From an uncultured Armatimonadetes bacterium (lineage in GTDB: Bacteria; Armatimonadota; Hebobacteria; Hebobacterales; Hebobacteraceae), in the NCBI GenBank assembly GCA_963716175.1, contig OY970296.1, positions 160,001 to 224,000 of the forward strand: 64,000 nucleotides of DNA. Direction: 5' to 3'. The translations under genes and the position numbers were made by a program. The notes beneath the pieces were generated by a model. That model was not told the DNA's origin. It did no database searches and saw only the letters and a program-made list of their open reading frames with translations. Positions 42,195 to 52,347 of the stretch are shown here, piece by piece. Each line of letters starts with the position of its first letter. The stretch's first letter is position 1.

Positions 42195-44170
42195 TTAGAC
42201 ACGGCCACCCGTCGCGAGGGCCACAACCACCCAGAGGCCGCTGTTCAGCAGATCCCCCATGATCATCCCGATCGCCAACGGCATTATCTTGCGATAGAGC
42301 CGAAGGCCTCCGTAGCGCACAGTGAGTAACCGCCACGCCCATCCCACGAAGAAGGGCATGTAGTACCAGTGCATGTCCCACGTGTTGGCCGCTAAGTAGC
42401 CGGCCGGATTCAGCGGCCACCACCAGAGGCGGAGGCGAAGCGCGCCGAGGAGAACGGTGACAGCGGCTCCGCTTAGCACTCCAATGACGCCGGAGACGTC
42501 CGGCCCACCCAGAGTCGCTAGCATTTCAGCGAGGTGTCGGGCGTCGCCTGGGGTCTGGCCCGCAGGCCAGGAGCCCCACTGACTCCCGAAGCCCATGCCG
42601 ACGTATCCGTAATGGTAGAACCCGCTCATCAGAACGAAGATGCCGAGGCATAGCGAGAAAAGGAACCCGATCGCAATAGCTCCCGTCAGCCGCCGCGGGC
42701 TGATGCGAGCCGACTCAGCGATCTTCATGGTCTCGAGGGTTCCTGCCGTGCAGATATCAAGTGACTGCCCCTCAAAGGGCGAGTAGGCCCAGCGCGATGA
42801 GATCAATGTCACCAGCTCGCGCGGACGGAAGGCGGCGGTGCCGACGCCCATGGTCAGCGCGCTATCTACACCCAGCGGGATGTCCACGAACCCCAGGCCA
42901 GTCTCGGCGCGCAGGCGCGCCCATGTCAGGTAGAACGCGGCCATCACGACCACAAAGGCGATAGCGAAGACGAGGCGGCAGCCCGCCAGGTAGCAGAAGA
43001 GGACCAGGCCGCACATGCAGGCCGCGATGCCAATCAGAGCCCACCGATAGGGCAGCGGCTCCTCGGCATCACCTCCTCCCCTACCCCGGCCCGCTGCCAC
43101 TCGCAAGGCGTGCGCGAGGTGTCGGCGCGCAATCCACAACGCCCAGAGGCCCAGCGCAAGCGTCGCCCCAAGGCCCTGGTGCATCGGCGCCGGGAAGGTG
43201 CTGTCATACCACTCCTCAGGGAGCCGAGGCGTGTTCCCGATCGTGATCGAGATGACGCTAAGCGCCAGCCGGACGAGCCAGAAGAACCAGCACGAGAATG
43301 AGAATGTCACCTGGCAGCAGGTAGGAGAGCGCGATCAGCCAGGGCGAGAGCACCAGGTCGATCTGGCCCAGCCCGGCAAGAGGCCCTACCTTCTGCCAGT
43401 ACATGATCGGTGTGGGCCCCAGGGGAATCGCCGGCACCGACGGCACCCTGGTGGAGAGGCCGTCCAGGAAGCTGACGGCAAAGACAATCCCTGCCCCCAG
43501 CCAGAAGAGAGAGGAGCGCGGCAGCCCCGAGGGCCAATCCGCCCCCCCCTCGCCCGAGTCGCGCGCCACCTCCACCGGTACCTGGGCAAGAGGAAATGTC
43601 AGGCGCTCGTTGATCACCCACTGCCTCTGCAGCAGCAGCACGAGCCCCGCCGTCGCGCCGAACAGGCAGAGCAGAAACCCCGACCAAGCGAAAAGAGGCG
43701 TCCACCAGAGGGACCACGGCACCTTCGACTGTCCCTCGAAGAAGTCAGCTACCGCGCGGGTCCGTGGGCGCGAACCACGTGGGCACGTGCGGGAGGAGGA
43801 TCTGTTCCCACGTCGGCTGTGCACGAGCCGCGTAGTAGTACACTATGCTCTTTGGCAGCATCCAGAACAGAATGCCGTGGCTGCTCAGCGGCCCCGCTAC
43901 CATCAGCATGGAGTAGATCACGAGCAGCTCGCGTCGTGTGAAGCCGAAGCGCCGCAGGAAACGAGAGCCGCTCAAAGCAGCCAGGATGAACAGCACTACC
44001 GCGGGCGCGGTTGCGGGCACTCCACCGGTGAAATCGTACGTCTTGTACCAGCAGAGCTCGACGTAGAACCCGACCAGTGTGACAAGGACGAGCAGGACAA
44101 GCGCGGCCAGTACCGCGCGCGCAGTCACGCCGCCTGCGCGGTCTCTGGTGTCAGTCGCCGGCCTGCTCAC
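42195..44170 (-). CDS. DUF6785/DUF6784-like permease, paralog 4; two frameshifts (~43755, ~43310)
   Basis: Three overlapping ORFs (43745..44200, 43258..43824, 42195..43310) join into one collinear ~650-aa protein with RQW...ERLTFP, WWPLNP and RYGGLRLY. Confidence 0.75.
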
Positions 44171-44293
44171 GGCTCGGATCCAGCCTGGCAGTCTGCACAA
44201 CAGGGCAGCGCCCCGGGGTCTTCAGGGGGGCAGCAGTTAGCAGCGATAGGCGACTCTGTGCACGCCCAACGGCCGCGCTCGCATCCAGGGCGA

Positions 44294-45068
44294 TCACATC
44301 AGGCCCAACAACTTCCGCCCATTCTCCCATCCGATCCGGCTCCGAGCGGCCTCATCCAGGTCCGGGGCGAGCTCGAGCTTGAGCAGCGCTGGAGTGACGC
44401 ACTTGAGTGGAGCGCCGGTGCCGAACACCATGCGTTCGGCCGCGATCTCAGCCGGCAGCTCGCACATGCCATCGCGGGCGCGGGAAAGCTCAAGGTAGAG
44501 ATTCGGATAGCGGACAGAGCCGTCCTCGCCGAGCAGAGCATTGGCATAGAAGCAGGCCTCGGTCACGATCACCGTGGCCTCCGGCGCGGCCTCACAAAGA
44601 GCGGCGATGTCAGGAAGGTCGATAGTCTGCTCGGTATCGAACCAGTGACGCCCGCGTGGATCCACCACCCGATGCGGCACGAGCACCGGCATACCCAGGT
44701 CGGAGGCCGCTCTGGCGATGGCGAGGGCCTCGGGGCAGTCGAGCCGGTAGCCGTGATACTGGGGCGCCAGGCGCAGCGCCCGCAATCCCAGCTCCTGCCG
44801 ACAGGCCGGCAGGTCTCGTTCCCAGGCAGCGTACATGGGGTTCAGCGTGGCGACGCCAACGAAGAAGTCGGCGTGGTCGGCAATGGCCTCTGCCAGCTCC
44901 ACGTTGGCATCGTGGCAGTTCAGGTAGAAGAGGCCATGGGTATTCGCGGGTCGCGGCGCCGCCCATGCCTTTGGCTGTCAACAGCGCGCGCAGCTGGCAG
45001 GCGCTTTGATCTGGCACCTGGCGAAACGGCCAGTGGCCGATGGCAGTGTTGATATCGAAGAGCATCAC
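44294..45068 (-). CDS. Amidohydrolase_2 family protein; frameshift near 44945
   Basis: N-terminus FDIN..GHWPFR (ORF 44610..45068) continues into ATLNP, RL.PQYHGY, PNLYLE and FGT..P (ORF 44294..44902). Confidence 0.78.
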
Positions 45069-45892
45069 ACTCTCCTCCGCGCCAGGATGTCTTTCATGTT
45101 GCCAGCGAAGATGCGCTCCCGCTGCTCGTCGGTGAGATCGGCGTCCAGCACCTTACCCACCCCCTCTTCCATGCTCATATCGGTAGCGAAGAGCACGTGG
45201 TCGAGGCCGATGGCAGCCACGGTCTTGTCCACGATGCCAGCGTCGATAACAGTGCCGCTGATGTCCAGGTACAGGTTCGGAGGGCGGTTCTCGAGGTGGC
45301 GGAGGCACCATTCCCAGTCTCCTCCGCCCCCGATATGAGCCTCGATGAGCGTGGTGTCCGGGAACATGGCGGCCGCACGCACGAAATGCGAAGCATCGCT
45401 CAGACGAGGCTGCTGGGTCTGCGTCTCGGTGTCCCTTCCCTTACCAGCATGCATGAGCACCGGCACTTGCAGCTCCGCCGCCCGCTGCATGACAGGGGTC
45501 AGGGCGGGGTCGCAGATGCGGTACTGGTGATAGAGCTTGATGCCGACCATGCCCCCATCCACGATGCAGCGCTCGATCTCGCCCAGGGACTCGCGGGCAT
45601 ATCCGGGGTTGAGGAAGCAGAACCCGAGGAACCGCTCCGACATCGCCATCGCCTCGAGGGTTACGTTGTTCGCCAGCTGCGCTTCTTGCGGGGTCGGGGA
45701 TTCGCTGGTCAGGGGGAACGAGGTGCAGAGGACGTCGATGCCGAGCTTCCCGGCCTGCCGCAGGGAGCGCTCGGCTTCCTCCCGATCCAGCTTACCTGTG
45801 GACCGCGAGAAGCCAGCGTCCGGATCGACGTCGGTGACATGGAAGTGCGCGTCGATACGCCTGGCCATCTGCCAGGCAAGGCTCGACCCCAT
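45065..45892 (-). CDS. Amidohydrolase_2 family protein
   Basis: IDAHFH, GIKL, PVLMH, AHIGGGG, N.Y.D.SG and LFATD. Confidence 0.88.
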   Translation of the reverse strand: MGSSLAWQMARRIDAHFHVTDVDPDAGFSRSTGKLDREEAERSLRQAGKLGIDVLCTSFPLTSESPTPQEAQLANNVTLEAMAMSERFLGFCFLNPGYARESLGEIERCIVDGGMVGIKLYHQYRICDPALTPVMQRAAELQVPVLMHAGKGRDTETQTQQPRLSDASHFVRAAAMFPDTTLIEAHIGGGGDWEWCLRHLENRPPNLYLDISGTVIDAGIVDKTVAAIGLDHVLFATDMSMEEGVGKVLDADLTDEQRERIFAGNMKDILARRRV

Positions 45893-45945
45893 AGCTGATC
45901 CTCCTGTCCGCTGCTCTCCGGCGTGATGCCGAGATGTCACGGGCG

Positions 45946-47229
45946 CTACAGCAGGGCCCTGTGCTGTTCGACGACCTTCCTGATGGCGAGCGCAACCTGC
46001 TGGATCACACCAGGGGCCGCTTCGATCCAGCCAGGCAGAGATAGAACCCGTCCTGCCAACCCCTCAGACACCGGGTAGTCGCCCTGCTGGTATCGCGGCA
46101 GCGGGATGTTCGCCGGGCCGGCGTGTCCCTTGCCCCACAGCCCTGGCAGGTCTTTGGTATAGATCGCTCGCAGATGCTCTAGCCCCCGGCCGCCGCCACC
46201 ACCCATCGGCACGCCTTCAGCTTGCACCGCCCGACAGAAATCGGCCGCGGTCAGACCGCCCACCGCCTCGGGCTGATAGAGAAACCGCAGCCCGCCATAT
46301 AGCTCCGAGGCTTTCGCCTTGGGGTAGTTATGCGCCAGCTCGATCCCGGGCATGCCGGCTATCGCCAAGGCAAGTTGATCTCGGTTCGCGGCATAGCGCT
46401 CCAGCCGATAGGGCAGCGTTTCCAGGGACACCTGTGCGATGGCCACCGCGAGCGGATGGGCGCGCCACTTCCAGCCCAGCAGCTGAAAGTCGAGTTGCTT
46501 ATAGACGGGACTCGTCAGTTCCTCCATGGCGCCGGAGCGGTGCAGATGGCAGTAGATCAGCGCGCGCTCGTACAGCTCGCGATCATTGGTGGCGACGAGG
46601 CCTCCCTCTCCCGATGCCACGGGCTTGCCTCCGGGTGTTGACCCCTGCATGCTGAAACAGGCGATATGGCCCAGGTTACCGATCTTGGTCCCACCCCACT
46701 CGCTGCCGTGGGCATGGGCAGCATCCTCCAGAAGCACCAGGCCTCGGCGCTTGCAGATATCGAGCAGCGCATCCATGTCGCAGACCCGGCCGCACGTATG
46801 GATGGGGTTGATCACCCGCGTCTTGGGGGTGATGCGCCGCTCGATGTCCGCCGGGTCGGCCAGCAGCGTCTTCGGATCTACCTCGCAGAAGACCGGCGTG
46901 GCACCCATATGCAGAGCGCCTGCATAGCTGCCGAGATAGCCGAGCGTGGGATGGATGAACTCGTCCCCCGCTCCCAGCCCGGCGGCGAAGAAGGCGCTGG
47001 CAATGGCGGTGTGGCCGTGGCTGGTGGCCAGCACGTACTTGCAGCCAATGAACGCCTTGAACTCCTCCTCAAACTGCCGGGGCAGGCCCTCGCCTGACCC
47101 CGACAGGTAGCCCTCCTCGATCAGCTCACATACCGCCGTCTTCTCCTTCTCCACCGGCCGGCGCCACTGCTCCTGCGTATCGACAGTGACCGCCGGGCTC
47201 CCTCCCAGCATCGCCAACTTCGTGTTCAT
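45946..47229 (-). CDS. DegT/DnrJ/EryC1/StrS family PLP aminotransferase
   Basis: GATPVFCEVD, LEDAAHAHG and FSMQG....KP...GEGG. ATG 47229 follows SD AAGGAG. Confidence 0.9.
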   Translation of the reverse strand: MNTKLAMLGGSPAVTVDTQEQWRRPVEKEKTAVCELIEEGYLSGSGEGLPRQFEEEFKAFIGCKYVLATSHGHTAIASAFFAAGLGAGDEFIHPTLGYLGSYAGALHMGATPVFCEVDPKTLLADPADIERRITPKTRVINPIHTCGRVCDMDALLDICKRRGLVLLEDAAHAHGSEWGGTKIGNLGHIACFSMQGSTPGGKPVASGEGGLVATNDRELYERALIYCHLHRSGAMEELTSPVYKQLDFQLLGWKWRAHPLAVAIAQVSLETLPYRLERYAANRDQLALAIAGMPGIELAHNYPKAKASELYGGLRFLYQPEAVGGLTAADFCRAVQAEGVPMGGGGGRGLEHLRAIYTKDLPGLWGKGHAGPANIPLPRYQQGDYPVSEGLAGRVLSLPGWIEAAPGVIQQVALAIRKVVEQHRALL

Positions 47230-47386
47230 CGCGGCTCCTTTCGGCAGTCCCACGCGCCCCGTAACCTGCATCCGCGGCTCCGCGCTCTCATCGGCCAGGC
47301 CTGCTCTGTGTAGGCCGGAGGCAGGCCGCGCTTCGATTGCCGTCATACGCACCTGCTTGACGAGACCGAGGCGTCCAACGAGGACG

Positions 47387-48214
47387 CTAGGCCGGTCCGT
47401 CCCGGAGTGCGGCAATGAGGTCAGCGGAATTGAACACGTAGCCGAAGTGGAGGCCGACCCGCCAGAGAGCGATCTGCTTGCCAATCTCATGGCGAGCGGT
47501 CTCCCGGTTTTCCACCGCGGTGACGGCGTCGCGCACGGCACTGCAGGTATAGCCGAGGCGGCTCATATCGAGCATTCCGCCGGGGCTCATGAGCAGGCAC
47601 CAGTTGATCGCGAACCCGCAGTAGATGAGGTGCCAGATGCCGCCCTCACGGCAGACCGCGTTCAGCTGGTGCGCGTCGACGACCAACGGTTCTTCGTCGC
47701 GCGGCTTCATCTCCGCGGGGATGTCGACATAGCGCCAGCCGGCCTCGATATCGGGCATGTTATGCGCGCCCTGGGTGAGCGCTGGCCAGTCGCGCTGCCA
47801 CGCCTCGCGGGCGGTTGTGTTGGGTGCGCCCGGGGGTGGCTTCGGCGACTCGCCCGCGAGTTGCTGCGTGACAGTGTAGCCAGGGTAGCGGTCAGCGTAA
47901 TCGCTGGTGCCGACGTGGATGACGGGCAGCCCCCCGGAGCGAGCGGCTGCGAGCAGCGGCGGCATCACCTCGCGGGTGATCCGAAGGGCACGCGGCAGGT
48001 ACTCCACCACGCGGTACCAGCCGACGTAGGGAGAGTCAGGCCCAAAAGGCAAGCGATCATCCAGCCCGGGATTCCAGAAGTGCATGCAAACCAGGGCCGA
48101 CTCATTCGTCGGCACTTCCACGACATGCCGGCTCCAGCCATGAAACGACTCAGCGGGCACTTCGGCGGTGAGATCGGCATCATGCTGGCGGTAGAACTGG
48201 GCGGTCAGTCTCAC
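47387..48214 (-). CDS. Isochorismatase-like cysteine hydrolase
   Basis: ALVCMHFW, PLL.AAR..G.PVIH, LIYCGFAINWC and VRDA. Confidence 0.7.
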   Translation of the reverse strand: MRLTAQFYRQHDADLTAEVPAESFHGWSRHVVEVPTNESALVCMHFWNPGLDDRLPFGPDSPYVGWYRVVEYLPRALRITREVMPPLLAAARSGGLPVIHVGTSDYADRYPGYTVTQQLAGESPKPPPGAPNTTAREAWQRDWPALTQGAHNMPDIEAGWRYVDIPAEMKPRDEEPLVVDAHQLNAVCREGGIWHLIYCGFAINWCLLMSPGGMLDMSRLGYTCSAVRDAVTAVENRETARHEIGKQIALWRVGLHFGYVFNSADLIAALRDGPA

Positions 48215-48368
48215 GGCATATCCTCTCCTTCATGGTTGCTGCAGCTGTCCGAAGGGAGCACCGGCGGCGGCCTTCAACGCCACCACTGCGAATCCCTTGG
48301 GGCGCTAGCTTCTCACGAGCGGGGCAGTCTGGATCATGGCCATGCTCTTACAGGACTCTGCCGAGGGA

Positions 48369-49244
48369 CTATTGGGAACTGACCGCCCTCCGCTCGGTCC
48401 TCTCCGTGGCGCCAGCTCGCTTGCCAACCGGCCTGAACTCGCTCCATGTATTCATGACGCCGATGAAGCTGCTGGCATGCTCCATGACCGCCATTGTCGG
48501 CTGAGGCCGATCTCTTCCCGGGCGGAGCTTGATGACCCGGCGGAAGGGCGGCCTGATCGGGATAATCCCGAAGTCCTCGGCCTGCGCACGGCGGATAGCG
48601 CGCAAAGCACCCTCACGGATGAGCCGGCGGGCGCGCTCGGGATGGAGGTGGCGAGCCGAATCCACGTACCGGCCGTACGCCTCCTCGTTCAAGTCCTCGC
48701 CCGTGCCGGGTTTGAGACCCTGTTTGACCGCGACAGCCTCGATGCCGGGAACGAGTGCCTGGGCCTCCCTGGCGAAGGCTAAGTCGCCCGAGCCAAAGAT
48801 GGCACGCACCCCCAACTCGCTAGCGCACATGCTCATTTCCCCGAATTCGCCTATGGATATGCCGTTGACTGACTCATCAATGTAGGCCAAGCTCTGGGTA
48901 TGGCAGAGGTGCCCATATGGGGTGCAGGCTTTCGCGTGCTGTCCCACCCAGACGATGAAATCGTAAGATCCGTCCAGGCAGCCAGGCCATGGCAGATCGC
49001 CCGAGCCCCGGGACAGCTCAACCCGCGGGTCCAGCAACTTGACATTGATACCACCCGGCCCGTGCCCGTCTGAGACGTGAATCTCAGTCGCGCCGCCCTC
49101 GAGCAGACCGTCCACTGCAGCGTTGATCTCGAGGGTGAGGAACTCCTTTCCCACCTCATAGTAAGGCGCTCCCTGATCGGTCCACTCGTGGAAGTTCAAC
49201 ACGCCTGCGACACCTTCCAGATCCGTCACGAGGTAGACTTTCAT
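48369..49244 (-). CDS. dppA: M55 family D-aminopeptidase (DppA-like)
   Basis: MKVYLVTDLEG, DGHG, GQHAK...G.L.HT, GE, SGD and VAVK. Confidence 0.88.
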   Translation of the reverse strand: MKVYLVTDLEGVAGVLNFHEWTDQGAPYYEVGKEFLTLEINAAVDGLLEGGATEIHVSDGHGPGGINVKLLDPRVELSRGSGDLPWPGCLDGSYDFIVWVGQHAKACTPYGHLCHTQSLAYIDESVNGISIGEFGEMSMCASELGVRAIFGSGDLAFAREAQALVPGIEAVAVKQGLKPGTGEDLNEEAYGRYVDSARHLHPERARRLIREGALRAIRRAQAEDFGIIPIRPPFRRVIKLRPGRDRPQPTMAVMEHASSFIGVMNTWSEFRPVGKRAGATERTERRAVSSQ

Positions 49245-49295
49245 TGGGTAGTCTTTCCAGGCCGGCATTCCGGGAGAGTAAGCCATTGGCCACGG

Positions 49296-50954
49296 CTAGT
49301 CGAGCCCGTAGCCAAAACCGTACTTGGCGGAGACAGTCACGGGCAGCCTGCCCCGGGCCGGCACCTCGCCGAAGAGCACGCGGACCGCCGCCTCCGCCGC
49401 GCCCGCGTCGTCGGAGTACGTGGTCAGGCAGAGGGGCGCCTCCGGGAACTCGGCGATCACGTAAGGGCTGCCCAGCACGCACAGACACAGGTGCTTGCCT
49501 GCGGCCAGGACCTTCTTCGCGAACTCAACCTGCCCTCCGGCCACCTGTGCAGAGAGCAGCTTGTAGCTCTGAACCCTTGGGGCAGGGGCGAACACCACGA
49601 TCTCGCTGCCCTGTGTCGAGGCCACGGCAGCGGCGATCTGAGAGGCGTCCGGCTCTTCATCCAGGACATGAGTTCCGACCCCATCAAGGCGCGCGGCGAA
49701 CTCGCGGAAGAGCACTTCGCGGCTGCTGTACGCCATAGCGCCGAGGTCAGTCATGGGCTTGCCCTCTCCCTCCGCGCGCGTGCCAACCACGCAGACGCGG
49801 GGGCCCCGCTTCCTCAAGGGCAGCCCCTTCTTCTCGAGCAGTGTCACTGAGGACTCGAAGATGCAGCGCGCCAGAGCGACGTGCTCTGGCCGACGGAGCA
49901 CTTCCCGCGCGGTCTCGGCCGTGAGTCGCTCTCGTTCAGGAAGCCCGACCCAGGCCTTAGCCTCCAGCACCCGGAGGACGGCAGCATCCAGCAGCTCCAT
50001 GGGGATGGTTCCATCGTTCACAGCATCAAGCAAGGCCCGGAAAGATGGCATGGGCGGCTCATCATAGTCCTGCAGCAGGATGTCGTGACCGGCGCTGAAC
50101 GTCCGCACTAGGCTCTCGGCAACCGGGAAGTTGCTCTTGATCGCTCTCATCGTCAGGCTGTCGGAGACGATCAGTCCCTCGAACCCCATGTCTGTGCGGA
50201 GCAGGTCGTGGATGCATCGCCGCGAGAATGTCGCGGGGATAGTCGTGTTGCTGTCGAGGGCGGGAAACGCCAAGTGGACCGTCATCACGCCGCGCAGACC
50301 GGCGGGGATGAGGTGCCGGTACGGGTAGAGTTCGACGGCTTCCAGCCGCTCCCGGCGGTGCGGCACCGTTCCGAGCGTCCGATGGGTATCGAAGTCCGTA
50401 TCTCCATGCCCAGGGAAGTGCTTGGCATTGGGAATCACCCTCTCGGCCTGCATCCCGCGGACAACGGCCAGTGCCATCTCGGTCACCAACTCGGGCTGGT
50501 CACCAAAAGAGCGGGTGGCGATGATCGGGTTGCGGGGGTTCGTGTTCACATCGACGCAGGGCTCCCAGACGAGATCCAAACCGACTGCCTTCGACTCTCG
50601 CGCAGCAGTCCGTCCGAACTGGTAGGCGAGGTCGGTGTTTCGTGCCGCACCCAGGGCCATGGCGCTGCCCGCCCCAGGAAGAGGGGAAGTGCCCCAGTGG
50701 GGCATCTCGTGCGCCCATCCGCCGAGGAACAACACCGGAATCGGAGAGGCGCCCTGGAGAGCGTTCATGAACTCGAGTGCGGTGTCGAGCTCACTCATCC
50801 CCTGGTAGTAGAGCGGTGCGACGCAGCCCACGAGTCCCTTGCCCGCCATGGCGATGGTCTCGTCCGCCCACTTCGATGCCCGGCAGCAGATGACCTGGCC
50901 GACCTTCTCCTGCAGCGTCATTGCGGCAAAAGTACGAGAGACCCAGTCGTGCAT
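49296..50954 (-). CDS. nagZ: GH3 beta-N-acetylglucosaminidase (two-domain NagZ type)
   Basis: NagZ signature KHFPGHGDTDFDTH, DVN.NP.NP.I..RSFG, SDSL.M and a C-terminal G.LPV domain. No signal peptide. Confidence 0.9.
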   Translation of the reverse strand: MHDWVSRTFAAMTLQEKVGQVICCRASKWADETIAMAGKGLVGCVAPLYYQGMSELDTALEFMNALQGASPIPVLFLGGWAHEMPHWGTSPLPGAGSAMALGAARNTDLAYQFGRTAARESKAVGLDLVWEPCVDVNTNPRNPIIATRSFGDQPELVTEMALAVVRGMQAERVIPNAKHFPGHGDTDFDTHRTLGTVPHRRERLEAVELYPYRHLIPAGLRGVMTVHLAFPALDSNTTIPATFSRRCIHDLLRTDMGFEGLIVSDSLTMRAIKSNFPVAESLVRTFSAGHDILLQDYDEPPMPSFRALLDAVNDGTIPMELLDAAVLRVLEAKAWVGLPERERLTAETAREVLRRPEHVALARCIFESSVTLLEKKGLPLRKRGPRVCVVGTRAEGEGKPMTDLGAMAYSSREVLFREFAARLDGVGTHVLDEEPDASQIAAAVASTQGSEIVVFAPAPRVQSYKLLSAQVAGGQVEFAKKVLAAGKHLCLCVLGSPYVIAEFPEAPLCLTTYSDDAGAAEAAVRVLFGEVPARGRLPVTVSAKYGFGYGLD

Positions 50955-51242
50955 TGAGGAACCTCTCGCCAGCCGTGCTGGCAGCGGACAATATCCAGTG
51001 CGGCGTGAAGGTTAACCGCTCCGCCACGTCGTAATGCTACTTATGTGTGCATCAGCCAGACCGCCTGGATGATGATAGCACCGAGCGAGAGTGCTGTGAA
51101 GAGCTGATACGCGTCGAAGGATACCCGAGTTCCGAGCGGCCGGATTCCAGATCCAGGCGCGGAGAGGAGGTGAGAACAACCGGCGCGTAGGCCTCTCGAT
51201 TGTCTTGCAGCGCAACCGTTGGCCCGCGAGGAGGGAGACGCT

Positions 51243-52238
51243 ATGAGCGCGAGACGTAAGGGATTCACTCTGATCGAGCTGCTGGTGGTGATCGCGATCA
51301 TCGCGATTCTGGCCGCCATGCTGTTCCCCGTGTTTGCGCGGGCGCGCGAATCGGCCCGCAAGATTCAATGCCTGTCGAACGTCAAGAACATCGCCATGGC
51401 GGTGCAGATGTACTTGTCTGACTACGACCGGTTCCCACCCGGTGAGCACAATGCAAACGTCCTCCAGTGGCTCACGGACAAGCAGGGGTGCTGTGATCGA
51501 GGCATAGCTTGCCGCGCCACTCAGATGAATCCCTACCTGCGATGGCCGGTGATCCTGGACGAATATGTGAAGAACCGGGACGTGTGGCGCTGCCCGAGCG
51601 CAGCGAACTGGTTGTCGTACGGGATCAACTGGGCCTATGGGACCGGCAATTGGTTCCAATATACGGTGGATACCTGGGACACGTGCCGCCTCCAGCCGTG
51701 CTCTCGGCCTTACCCGACGGGATGGGGTGGCACCGTCACCGACTCGATCACACAAGGCGCGTGCGCGGGAGAGCCCACCGGAGGCTTGGCGCATGCCATC
51801 GGGTCTCCGGCCGGGCTGGTGGACATGAAGACCAGCCAGATGGAAGATCCTGTGAAATATGTGGTTGCCGCCGACGCCGGGCAGATGGCCGACGATCTCG
51901 AGCGCACGTCCTTCGTGGCCTACCCGGACATGTGCCGCATAGATCACGAGGCCTGTGATCCCACCTGCGGTTACGACTGGGTGAACTGCCCTGATACCCA
52001 GAACTGCGGCGGAGGGATGGGAGTCTGGCAGTGGGGCACCGACGTCCAGTACCGCAAAACGCACGGCAAGCCCCGCCACCTGGGTGGCTCGAACCTCGGG
52101 TTCGCGGACGGCCATGCCACATGGATGCCTTCCGAGGAGATCTTGTTTGATGGCCAGAATGCCTCCGGCTATGGTCATGGCCCGAACCGGATCATGAACC
52201 TGGAGTGCTGCTTTGTTGACGTGAAGCAGGGATACTGA
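51243..52238 (+). CDS. DUF1559-like prepilin / H-X9-DG protein 4
   Basis: [32 protein letters not shown] and [14 protein letters not shown]; about 15 Cys. Confidence 0.92.
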   Translation: MSARRKGFTLIELLVVIAIIAILAAMLFPVFARARESARKIQCLSNVKNIAMAVQMYLSDYDRFPPGEHNANVLQWLTDKQGCCDRGIACRATQMNPYLRWPVILDEYVKNRDVWRCPSAANWLSYGINWAYGTGNWFQYTVDTWDTCRLQPCSRPYPTGWGGTVTDSITQGACAGEPTGGLAHAIGSPAGLVDMKTSQMEDPVKYVVAADAGQMADDLERTSFVAYPDMCRIDHEACDPTCGYDWVNCPDTQNCGGGMGVWQWGTDVQYRKTHGKPRHLGGSNLGFADGHATWMPSEEILFDGQNASGYGHGPNRIMNLECCFVDVKQGY

Positions 52239-52276
52239 AGGTTTGCTCGCACGCTGTGAAGATAGCTCGTGGAATG

Positions 52277-52304
52277 AGGCGGAGCGCCCTCGGGCGCTCC
52301 GCCT
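52277..52304. repeat. Conserved GC hairpin downstream of pilin-like gene 4
   Basis: AGGCGGAGCGCCC-TC-GGGCGCTCCGCCT; 27 of 28 bases identical to 16417..16444. Confidence 0.78.
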
Positions 52305-52347
52305 ACGTAGAGAAGGCTTCTCAGAGCATCGGGAGTATGTGGGACGT

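Noticed and set aside
43403-45052. 549-aa plus-strand ORF and other long shadow ORFs (4307..5638, 10423..11640, 30952..32370, 51012..52178, 60817..62139)
   Set aside because: They are antisense or off-frame to well-supported genes and have no motifs; such ORFs are expected in high-GC DNA.
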